DNA of 64,000 nucleotides from a virus. How positions within the stretch are numbered: position 1 is the first letter of the stretch; the number at the start of each line of letters is the position of its first letter. A model generated the notes under the pieces. It searched no databases and was not told the DNA's origin. It saw only the letters and a list, made by a program, of their open reading frames with translations. The translations under genes were made by a program, and so were the position numbers. The stretch covers positions 1 to 64,000 of IMG/VR virus record IMGVR_UViG_3300042731_008016. One strand, given 5' to 3'. Shown here piece after piece: positions 50,596-58,441 of the stretch.

Positions 50596-51544
50596 TAAAG
50601 CAATACTAGAGATTAATAAAAAATTCGGTGAAAATACAATTGGTAAGATTGCCGATATGCCTGTTATAAAAACAGAGCGAATTTCTTCAGGTTCCCCTTA
50701 TCTTGATTGGTCTATAGGTGGCGGATGGCCACGAGGTAGAAGTATTGAACTTTACGGACCATATTCATCAGGAAAATCCCTTATAGCACTCAGAACTATA
50801 GCAGAAGCCCAAAAACAAGGACTTAAATGTGTATATTTAGATGCTGAAAATACTTTTGATCCAGATTTTGCTGAAAAAATAGGCGTTAAAATGGATGAGA
50901 TTATAATTTCTCAAATTTCTTCAGGAGAACAAGTTTTTAATATTTTAGACAAGCTTATTGAAAGCAAAGATGTTGCCATTATAGTTATCGATACAGTAGC
51001 TTCATTAGTTCCAGAATATGAAGAACAAGAAGGAATGGAAAAACAATCAATGGGATTGCAAGCTAGATTAATGAGCAAAGCCATGAGAAAAATTACTGCT
51101 AAAGCAGCAAAAAATAAAACTCTTCTTCTTTTTATTAATCAATTGAGAGAAAAAATTGGATCATACGGAAACCCATTTACAACACCAGGAGGAAACGCTC
51201 TAAAATTCTATTCATCAATTAGATTGGAAGTACGTAGAGGCGAATTACTTAAAGATGAAAAGAAAATCATTGGTCAACAAGTTAAATTTAAAGTTACTAA
51301 ATCTAAAGTTGGGCCTTCATTTAGGGATGGATACTTTATGTTTTATCAACCAGATCCAAGTGCACCAGATATTGAACTATTTGACGAAGCTGATGAGATA
51401 GTATCAATGCTCTTATTAAATAAAAAAATAAAAAGAAGAGGCGCTTACTATGATGCTGTTGGAAAAACATTTAAAGGTAGAGAAGAACTTGAAAGAGAAA
51501 TTAGAGTTAATAAAGACTTTAGAAAGCAATTAGAGGCACTATGA
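50582..51544 (+). CDS. recA: RecA-family recombinase
   Basis: GPYSSGKS, DAE, LQARLMSKAMRK, FINQLREKIG, PGGNALKFYSSIRL. Confidence 0.92.
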   Translation: MSDLNKAILEINKKFGENTIGKIADMPVIKTERISSGSPYLDWSIGGGWPRGRSIELYGPYSSGKSLIALRTIAEAQKQGLKCVYLDAENTFDPDFAEKIGVKMDEIIISQISSGEQVFNILDKLIESKDVAIIVIDTVASLVPEYEEQEGMEKQSMGLQARLMSKAMRKITAKAAKNKTLLLFINQLREKIGSYGNPFTTPGGNALKFYSSIRLEVRRGELLKDEKKIIGQQVKFKVTKSKVGPSFRDGYFMFYQPDPSAPDIELFDEADEIVSMLLLNKKIKRRGAYYDAVGKTFKGREELEREIRVNKDFRKQLEAL

Positions 51545-51792
51545 TAATCTTACCAAAAAATATTAAATTTGAACTAGACTATTTTGAGTTTGGTTACCTA
51601 TTCACTTCAATCAAAGAAGACGCATGGGATAGAATGCCCCGTAGACTATGGTTATTATTTAAGATAACTTCTCTAGAAGCTTATCGGAAACACCCTGCAT
51701 TCGGTAAAAGGGACAGGGAAAAACTCGATAAGTGGAGAGAAGAATTACAAAAATTAGAAAAAGGAGGTCAAGATGGCACGAAGTCTAAATAA
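51541..51792 (+). CDS. Hypothetical protein
   Basis: ATGA overlap. Confidence 0.5.
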   Translation: MIILPKNIKFELDYFEFGYLFTSIKEDAWDRMPRRLWLLFKITSLEAYRKHPAFGKRDREKLDKWREELQKLEKGGQDGTKSK

Positions 51793-52183
51793 AGTGATAC
51801 TCATTGGGAATCTGACCAGAGACCCAGAATTAAAATATACTCATAGTGGAACTGCAGTTTGTAGTTTTACTGTTGCTACAAATAGACAGTGGAAAGATTC
51901 TAGTGGAAATGAACAAGATCAGGCAAGTTTTCATCGTTGTGTAGCTTGGAGTAAACTAGCTGAAATTTGTGGTCAATATCTTTTTAAAGGAAAAAAGGTG
52001 TATATTGATGGTAGGATACAAAATAGAAGTTGGGAAACCCAACAAGGTGAGAAAAAGTACATGACCGAGATTGTAGTCAACGAGATGATTATGCTCGGAG
52101 ATAATAGAAGTCAAGGTATTACTCCCCAGGATGCAGAAAACGCTCTAGGAGCTGAGGATTATCCACCAGAGCCAGAAGAATAA
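51773..52183 (+). CDS. ssb: Single-stranded DNA-binding protein
   Basis: SLNKVILIGNLTRDPELKYT...VAWSKLAEIC...KGKKVYIDGR. Confidence 0.92.
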   Translation: MARSLNKVILIGNLTRDPELKYTHSGTAVCSFTVATNRQWKDSSGNEQDQASFHRCVAWSKLAEICGQYLFKGKKVYIDGRIQNRSWETQQGEKKYMTEIVVNEMIMLGDNRSQGITPQDAENALGAEDYPPEPEE

Positions 52184-52210
52184 TAATTATTAATCAAAGA
52201 GGTAAACTCT

Positions 52211-52465
52211 ATGCAATTAGCAAGCGGAAGCGGACTAAACTATGTAGAGCCAATCATCACCTCTGACCGTGCCCAAGAGGTCGAAGAAGTTGTGGTTGAA
52301 GAAAAAATAGCCACCACTCAAACTGAGGTTGCACAACCAACTCCCCTTTCAGAACCTACAAAGGATACTTCAAGTCCAAGTTGGATTGTATTGTTCTTAG
52401 TAATGGTTGTATTAGGGGCTATCGCTGTTGTTCAGATGATTCGAAGTAGCAAAACTAAAAAATAA
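52211..52465 (+). CDS. Small membrane protein
   Basis: C-terminal TM helix. Confidence 0.55.
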   Translation: MQLASGSGLNYVEPIITSDRAQEVEEVVVEEKIATTQTEVAQPTPLSEPTKDTSSPSWIVLFLVMVVLGAIAVVQMIRSSKTKK

Positions 52466-52770
52466 TGGCTAAACAACATTGGCAGAAAAAAGAAAGCAAG
52501 GATGCTGATGAATTCGGGGGAAGAGTCACACCCCGCAGTGGCGGGATGTGGTCTTTCCCTGGTGACGTTAAAACAGAACACTTTCTTATTGATGCCAAAA
52601 CTACCAATCATAAGAGCTTTAGTATTACTGCGAGTATGTGGAGGAAACTCTATGCCCAGGCTCTAAAGTCTCAAAGATTACCATGTTTATCTATTGAACT
52701 TGTCGACGAAGATATAGAAGTGGTAGTATTGGATAAGAACGACTTTATTTCGTTTTTTAAGGAAAACTAA
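52465..52770 (+). CDS. PD-(D/E)XK nuclease, Holliday junction resolvase-like
   Basis: PRSGG...GDVKT..FLIDAKTT. Confidence 0.65.
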   Translation: MAKQHWQKKESKDADEFGGRVTPRSGGMWSFPGDVKTEHFLIDAKTTNHKSFSITASMWRKLYAQALKSQRLPCLSIELVDEDIEVVVLDKNDFISFFKEN

Positions 52771-52931
52771 TATGATTCAAACTAAATATTTTTGCCCAAT
52801 TCATCAAACAAGTATTTCAACAACTGATCCCAATTTTGCAAGTGATAAAATGTGGATTAAGAGGGCTAGATCTTTTATGGAAACCCATAAAAACTGTAGT
52901 GAGACCATTAAAAAACAACTAGAGGAATACA

Positions 52932-53156
52932 ATGCCTACAAGAACGGGAAAAGACACTAAAGGTTGTTATGCCCGCTGGGGTGGGCATGGCAAAAAATAT
53001 TATTATAAATGTGGCGATAAAAAAGCCAGAGAAAGAGCTAAAGCCAAGGCAGACGCACAAGGAAGAGCTGCACATGCCCACGGTTATAAAGGCTCTACTA
53101 CTACAAATTGTTACGCCACAGGATATAAAGGAGACTTAAATGACAAAAACACGTAA
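52932..53156 (+). CDS. Small basic protein
   Basis: CYARWGGHGKKYYYKC...KADAQGRA. Confidence 0.55.
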   Translation: MPTRTGKDTKGCYARWGGHGKKYYYKCGDKKARERAKAKADAQGRAAHAHGYKGSTTTNCYATGYKGDLNDKNT

Positions 53157-53382
53157 GGTTAAGCTTTTAGAGGTATCAGTTCAAATAGTAACAGAGCTTT
53201 GCAAAAAGGCTGTAGAGAATAAATTACCTGATGACGCCTCTGTTATCAGAACTTCTTATAATCCCCTCACAAACAATTTTGATGTAATCGTTCACAGCGA
53301 AGAGTTTGATGAAGTACCAGAGGGACAGATGATCCCAAAAGTTAGTAAAACTCCAGTTGTCTCGACGGATGTGCTAAAATAA
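53140..53382 (+). CDS. Hypothetical protein
   Basis: AGGAG RBS; SEEFDEVPEG. Confidence 0.55.
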   Translation: MTKTRKVKLLEVSVQIVTELCKKAVENKLPDDASVIRTSYNPLTNNFDVIVHSEEFDEVPEGQMIPKVSKTPVVSTDVLK

Positions 53383-53526
53383 TAAATGAGTCTAGTTGAC
53401 TCGTATATGTTTAGACTCTTAATAGGAGCCATCGTGTTCCTTACCTTGGTGGGAGTCTTTTATTTTATTACAAAATGGGAAGACAAATTACCACCAACAA
53501 AACATAAAGTCTAAGGAAAAGGAAAA

Positions 53527-53886
53527 ATGATATTTTGCTTACCATGCCTATCATTAATAGTGTACTTTGCAATCATTGGTATCTTTGTTCCAAGTAAAAG
53601 GGGGTTTATAAAAGATGCAATTAAGTGCTTTTGGAAAAAACTTACAAGACAGCACTGTACAGATGCCTTTGATGATTTAGTTCACAAGCAATTTGTCATG
53701 TGGTTAGCCGATAAAAATACTCGAGTAGCAAAGTTATTTAGTGACAAAAGAGTCTTTGATCTTGCAGTAAGTCTATCTCTTATTGCATTTTCACTCATAA
53801 ATGTCATATTATTGTATGTACTGTATCAATGGTTATTTATTAAGAGTCCCTGTGATACAGCAGGAGAGGGGGTGTGTCCACTATGA
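53527..53886 (+). CDS. Membrane protein
   Basis: Two TM helices. Confidence 0.5.
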   Translation: MIFCLPCLSLIVYFAIIGIFVPSKRGFIKDAIKCFWKKLTRQHCTDAFDDLVHKQFVMWLADKNTRVAKLFSDKRVFDLAVSLSLIAFSLINVILLYVLYQWLFIKSPCDTAGEGVCPL

Positions 53887-54165
53887 AACTTTATCAATAC
53901 GACGATCTAAAGAAAGTAAATCAAGCTCTTGGAAGCTTCAAAAGGAATAAAGTTCCTGTAAGCGATGTCAAGATTCTCACTGTCGACGGTAAGGTTCAAT
54001 ATTTTATCGTAGCTGATCCTGTTTATACTCCTAAACCAGAAGAGGATAAACCAAAAAAAGAAGAAACCAAACCTGTCGATAAAAAAGAAGAAGTGGTAGC
54101 CGAAGAAAAAGAAGAGACGCCAAAAGAAGAAAAAGAGAAAAAATAGACTATCTTAGAGAGCAATT

Positions 54166-54432
54166 ATGTCTAAATATGCAGAGTGTCAAAGTTGTGGCAC
54201 TATTCATTATATAATCAGTAAAGAAGAGGCTAAATCCCTTATCGATGAGGGATATTTAGCTGCTGAATTTTCTGATCGTAATTTAGAGCATTGCTCCAAC
54301 TGTGGTTTAAAAAAAGGTTTTTCAAAAGTCACTGACGATTATGTGGATAAATACTCCAATGGAGACCACATACAACCAATCCTGCTCGATAATGAAAATC
54401 TTAAAACAATCACAGAACAGTCTAAGTCTTGA
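54166..54432 (+). CDS. Zn-ribbon protein
   Basis: CQSCG...CSNCG. Confidence 0.55.
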   Translation: MSKYAECQSCGTIHYIISKEEAKSLIDEGYLAAEFSDRNLEHCSNCGLKKGFSKVTDDYVDKYSNGDHIQPILLDNENLKTITEQSKS

Positions 54433-54604
54433 ATTTTTTCTAGACAAGATGAGTCAATTAGATAGATTACTAGAATCTTCTAATTTGATGTCTACTGAAA
54501 GTAAAAAGAATATTCAATGGTACTGTAATTATAGAATTTCTCAATATTACAAAAGATATGTTGCTGAAAACCCACCTTCTGTGATAAAATGCGTTGAAAA
54601 TTAA

Positions 54605-54675
54605 AGGTTGGGCGCTGGGCGCAAGAAGCACTCCAAACGCCTCTTTGCAGGGTTCGACTCCTTGACAGCCTGCCA
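54605..54675 (+). tRNA. Atypical tRNA-Trp(CCA)
   Basis: AGGTTG/CAGCCT acceptor, CTCCAAA loop, GGTTCGACTCC, G73-CCA; minimal D loop and mismatched anticodon stem. Confidence 0.55.
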
Positions 54676-54723
54676 AGCGGGATTAGTTGATTTTATAACT
54701 AATACCCACTATAATGTGGCTAT

Positions 54724-55083
54724 ATGCCATATAAGGACATTAAAAAACGAAGACAGAGTTCTCGAAAATACTATTATGCAAATCGAGAGAGGCTAATCGA
54801 GCAACAACGAGAGTATCGAGTAAAGTTGCGATTAGAGGTTCTTTCTCATTATAGTAATGGAGAGCCAAAATGTGCGTGTTGCAAAGAAAGCCAAATAGAA
54901 TTTCTAGCAATAGACCATATCAATGGAGGTGGTACTAAGCATAGAAAAAGAATTGGCGGAGGAATGCACACCTATCTTTGGTTGAAAAAGCAAGGCTATC
55001 CGAAAGGATACAGAGTCTTATGTCATAATTGTAATCAAGCTTATGGCTTTTTCGGATACTGTCCTCACAATAAGCGGGATTAG
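54724..55083 (+). CDS. HNH-like homing endonuclease
   Basis: CACC...LAIDHING...VLCHNCN. Confidence 0.8.
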   Translation: MPYKDIKKRRQSSRKYYYANRERLIEQQREYRVKLRLEVLSHYSNGEPKCACCKESQIEFLAIDHINGGGTKHRKRIGGGMHTYLWLKKQGYPKGYRVLCHNCNQAYGFFGYCPHNKRD

Positions 55084-55147
55084 TGTATTGGCGACACGAC
55101 ATCCTTCCAAGTTGTAGAAAGGGGTTCGATTCCCCTATCCCGCTCCA
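55074..55147 (+). tRNA. tRNA-Gly(TCC)
   Basis: GCGGGAT/ATCCCGC acceptor, CTTCCAA loop, U73-CCA. Confidence 0.9.
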
Positions 55148-55198
55148 AACATTATGATGTTGACAATATAATGTCGAAAAAACAAACATTATAATGTT
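55148..55198. promoter_or_regulatory. Three 14-bp palindromic operator-like sites
   Basis: AACATTATGATGTT, GACAATATAATGTC, AACATTATAATGTT. Confidence 0.6.
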
Positions 55199-55286
55199 GT
55201 TATTAATAAATCTAGGAGAAAAGACCATGACTATATAGTCGCCTAACCCATTATTTTGAAGGGCGACCCCGAAGGGGGTGATAGTC

Positions 55287-55475
55287 ATGAGTACGCCTAG
55301 AAAAGGCCGAGGTAAATCTGGTAGTAGAAAATACGGTAGAAACAAGGTCAAATGTGCCCTTTACCGTGTGCAAAATCGAAGAGAGAAAAATAAATTGAGA
55401 AAGCTAAAAAAACTCTCTAAGAAACAGCCAAACAACAAACAGATTCCAAAGCTAATCAAAAAGCTAGAAGGATAA
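55287..55475 (+). CDS. Small highly basic protein
   Basis: GGGGGTG RBS inside a structured leader; K/R-rich. Confidence 0.6.
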   Translation: MSTPRKGRGKSGSRKYGRNKVKCALYRVQNRREKNKLRKLKKLSKKQPNNKQIPKLIKKLEG

Positions 55476-55530
55476 TTAAATGTTAACCGATGCTAAATAC
55501 CATCATAAAAGCTACGGCATCACCTTTCAT

Positions 55531-55602
55531 GGTGACGGTAGCTTAGTGGCAAAGCACTCGGTTGTGGTCAGAGGGACGGGGGTTCGAATCCCCTCCATCA
55601 CC
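55531..55602 (+). tRNA. tRNA-His(GTG)
   Basis: G-1/C73, TTGTGGT loop, GGTTCGAATCC. Confidence 0.85.
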
Positions 55603-55650
55603 CAAAGCACATTAAATAATCAACAGAACTAATTACATCCTGCGCATTAT

Positions 55651-55721
55651 TGCGGAGTGGTGTAACGGTAGCACGCTGGGCTTTGAACCCAGAGGTCTTT
55701 GTTCGAATCAAAGCTTCGCAT
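55651..55721 (+). tRNA. tRNA-Gln(TTG)
   Basis: TGCGGAG/CTTCGCA acceptor, CTGGG-CTTTGAA-CCCAG. Confidence 0.85.
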
Positions 55722-55763
55722 CATAGAATTGACAATATATATTTGAATTAATAAAATAGTTCA

Positions 55764-56108
55764 ATGCCACATAAAAATGTAGATGCTAGAAGAGCTTATG
55801 CTAGAGAATATTATAAAAGAAATCCACAAAGATGGATTGAAAAAAATAAAAAACGTAAAAAAGAAATATATAAATTTATAAGCGAATATAAAAGAAAAAA
55901 TGGGTGTAAATTATGTGATGAGAATGAACCAGTAGCTTTAGATTTTCATCATATAAATAAAAACAAAGAAATCAATTTAGCACACGCTCAAACTAGAATG
56001 TGGGGAAAAACAAGAATTTTAAAAGAAATTAATAAATGTGTTGTATTATGTGCAAATTGTCATAGAAAAGTAGAAGCTGGAATAATAAAATTATCCAGGG
56101 AAGCATAA
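55764..56108 (+). CDS. HNH-like homing endonuclease
   Basis: CKLC...LDFHH...KCVVLCANCHRK. Confidence 0.85.
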   Translation: MPHKNVDARRAYAREYYKRNPQRWIEKNKKRKKEIYKFISEYKRKNGCKLCDENEPVALDFHHINKNKEINLAHAQTRMWGKTRILKEINKCVVLCANCHRKVEAGIIKLSREA

Positions 56109-56167
56109 TTGGCATTTGCATCGGACTGTTAATCCGAAGACAGAAGGTTCGAATCCTTCTCCTGGAG
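56094..56167 (+). tRNA. tRNA-Asn(GTT)
   Basis: TCCAGGG/TCCTGGA acceptor, TCGGA-CTGTTAA-TCCGA, G73. Confidence 0.85.
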
Positions 56168-56178
56168 CACCTTAAAAA

Positions 56179-56420
56179 TTTGATAGTTCGCACATGGGTG
56201 GCTGAATGAACCGCTATGCAGGGTTAAGGCACTATTGATGAGTACCTCATTTAAGGGGGCTTAATTTGCTCACGATAGGTTGGGACGGTCACATATACCT
56301 AGTATGACTAAACTAAGACATACTACTGCAGAGATCGTCGTACTTGGGAAGTAAGTCCGAAGGAGGAGCAGAAGTGTTCGGTACGGAGGATGGTCTTCCC
56401 CCCAGTTGTGAGCTATCAAA
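56179..56420 (+). ncRNA. Unknown ~240-nt structured RNA
   Basis: 14-bp terminal helix with two G-U pairs; GC-richer than flanks; no ORF; between tRNA genes. Confidence 0.6.
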
Positions 56421-56424
56421 ACAT

Positions 56425-56592
56425 ACCCGAATCGTCTAGTGGTTAGGACGGCATAAATTTAGCACTAGGACAAGCTCCCTAGGGCAACAAGAAATTGAAG
56501 CCCTCAATTAACAGGTTATGCTCGTTTCGAATGAGCATAATTAGTAAAATGGGCCAAATGTGCAAACCTAGGTTCAAATCCTAGTTCGGGTT
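56425..56592 (+). tRNA. tRNA-like gene (Glu-type D arm) with a 103-nt anticodon loop region
   Basis: ACCCGAA/TTCGGGT acceptor, TCGTCTAGTGGTTAGGAC D arm, GCATA/TGTGC stem, CTAGG-TTCAAAT-CCTAG T arm. Confidence 0.7.
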
Positions 56593-56617
56593 CAAAAGAT
56601 TATTAGGAAAAACAATT

Positions 56618-56953
56618 ATGGGTAGTAAATCATGGAAAAATTTAGAATACGATGCTGCCGAAACACTCGGCGGAAAACGAATTAGCAGAGGAGCTAATTT
56701 CTCCGATTCAGCCCCAGATGTATGGATTGAAGATTTCCCAAAGTTCAAAATAGATACTAAAAGACGCAAAAAGTCTAATGCCTTGACGTTGTATAATGAA
56801 ATCAAGGATAAATACTGTACAAAGAAGGGCGATCAGCCTATTCTTATAATAAGGCAACATTACAAAAAAACAGCCTTAGCAGTTATAGATATAAAGTTGT
56901 TGGCAAAATTATTCGATTTTGTCAGAGAACATGAAGGTCAAGATGGGTTCTAA
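56618..56953 (+). CDS. PD-(D/E)XK nuclease, Hjc-like resolvase
   Basis: WKNLEYDAAETLGGKRI...PDV...IDTKRR. Confidence 0.65.
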   Translation: MGSKSWKNLEYDAAETLGGKRISRGANFSDSAPDVWIEDFPKFKIDTKRRKKSNALTLYNEIKDKYCTKKGDQPILIIRQHYKKTALAVIDIKLLAKLFDFVREHEGQDGF

Positions 56954-57779
56954 TTACACTATTGCAGTTATAGGTTACACAGGAATGGTCGGCAGTCCGA
57001 TCTACAGATGGTTTAAAGAACGAGGGGATAAAGTAATGGGTTGGACTCCAAGCAAACAAACTCATTCTTTTGACGAAATAAACAAAGAAGCAGATTATAT
57101 TTTTATTGCAGTTCCAACTCCCTTCAACTGGGAAACAAATAAACCAAGTATTGACTTCATAGAACAAAATCTTGCTAAGTTAGCAGACGGAAAAAGAGTA
57201 GTAATTAAATCAACAATTCTTCCAGGAACAACAAGAGAACTTCAAAAACAATATCCAAATTTAAACATACTTTTCAATCCAGAATTTTTAAGTGCAAAAA
57301 CTAATTGGGAAGATTTCATTAATCCAGATCGTCAATTAATTGGGTATACAAAACAAAGTTATCAATATGCCACAGAAGTTTTAAATATACTTCCAGAGAG
57401 TCCTTATGGCATGATAATGAAATCAACTGAAGCAGAAATATGTAAATATGTTAATAATTTCCATGGCTCATTAATGGTTATCTTTGCCAATTTCTTTTAC
57501 GATATTTGTGAGAAGACTGATGCAGACTTTGAAGTTGTCAAGGAAGCTTCTCAAGCATCAAAATGGGTTGGATCTCCTATGGGAAGAATGTATTGGAATG
57601 TTTTCCATGGAGGATTCAGAGGTTTTGGTGGTGGATGTTTCCCTAAAGATATGAACTCGTTATTGGTTTGGGCCAAAGAAATGGGTCTTTCTCCAGATGT
57701 TTTGGAAGCTACAATTGAAGTTAATAAAAAATTATTAGCTGAACAAAATATGACTGAGGAAGAAGCTCAAAAAGCATGA
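56943..57779 (+). CDS. UDP-glucose/GDP-mannose dehydrogenase family (short form)
   Basis: IAVPTP, IKSTILPGTT, FNPEFL, AEICKY..N, GFGGGCFPKD. Confidence 0.88.
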   Translation: MGSNYTIAVIGYTGMVGSPIYRWFKERGDKVMGWTPSKQTHSFDEINKEADYIFIAVPTPFNWETNKPSIDFIEQNLAKLADGKRVVIKSTILPGTTRELQKQYPNLNILFNPEFLSAKTNWEDFINPDRQLIGYTKQSYQYATEVLNILPESPYGMIMKSTEAEICKYVNNFHGSLMVIFANFFYDICEKTDADFEVVKEASQASKWVGSPMGRMYWNVFHGGFRGFGGGCFPKDMNSLLVWAKEMGLSPDVLEATIEVNKKLLAEQNMTEEEAQKA

Positions 57780-58441
57780 CTGACTTAAATGCCCTATTAC
57801 CAAATCCAAAAGATATTAATTTATCTGCAGCTCACGTTGATTTTAAACACCTAGATAAAACAGCTCTCAGACGTGCAAAAGTTCGTGAATTAATGCAGAT
57901 GGGTTACAACAATACCCAAATTTCCCTAATTTTAGAAAAAGGAATTAGAGTTGGTGAGGGAAATGAACAAAAAGAAGTTCAAGTCCCCTGTAGTGAAGGT
58001 ACTATCAGAAATGATATTAACTACATTCAAACTGAGTTCCTTTCAGCTGATGATGACATGTTGGTCAAAAGAGGCGAGCTTCTAGATAAACTTGGATTTC
58101 TTTATAATCAAGCTGTATCAAATTACACAACAGCAAAAGGGGCAGTTAAAAATAGTTTCTTGAATACAGCTTTAAATGTTATTAATAAGATTATGGAGGT
58201 TGAAGGTGTAAAATCTCCAGAGAATCTTAATGTTAATCTAAATGCAGAAGCTAAAGTAGCTCAGTTTGCTGCAGAAATACATAAATTAAGCGAAAATGAC
58301 AAATCTACTATTCTCAGCGCAATTCGAAAAGTTCGTGAGGGACGCTTCAACAAAGGAAATGGAGAATCTGGAGTTTCTGATTCAGAACCCGAAGTACGAG
58401 CATCGACCAGTAACGATGAAGGAGTTCCTGGAGAATCCTAA
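57776..58441 (+). CDS. Probable terminase small subunit
   Basis: HTH-like RRAKVRELMQMGYNNTQI...SEGTIRNDI; directly upstream of TerL. Confidence 0.55.
   Translation: MTDLNALLPNPKDINLSAAHVDFKHLDKTALRRAKVRELMQMGYNNTQISLILEKGIRVGEGNEQKEVQVPCSEGTIRNDINYIQTEFLSADDDMLVKRGELLDKLGFLYNQAVSNYTTAKGAVKNSFLNTALNVINKIMEVEGVKSPENLNVNLNAEAKVAQFAAEIHKLSENDKSTILSAIRKVREGRFNKGNGESGVSDSEPEVRASTSNDEGVPGES

Noticed and set aside
56179-56420. SRP RNA, RNase P RNA or hammerhead ribozyme
   Set aside because: Only partial look-alikes (GTCCGAAGGAGGAGCAG, AAGTCC, TTGATGAG); full consensus elements could not be placed.
56425-56592. tmRNA or group I intron-containing tRNA
   Set aside because: It has a full D stem and no Ala G3-U70 acceptor, and the insert is short with no recognisable group I core.
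58296-58441. Functional meaning for the TerS/TerL overlap
   Set aside because: The true TerL start is uncertain (58296 or 58359), so nothing further can be supported.
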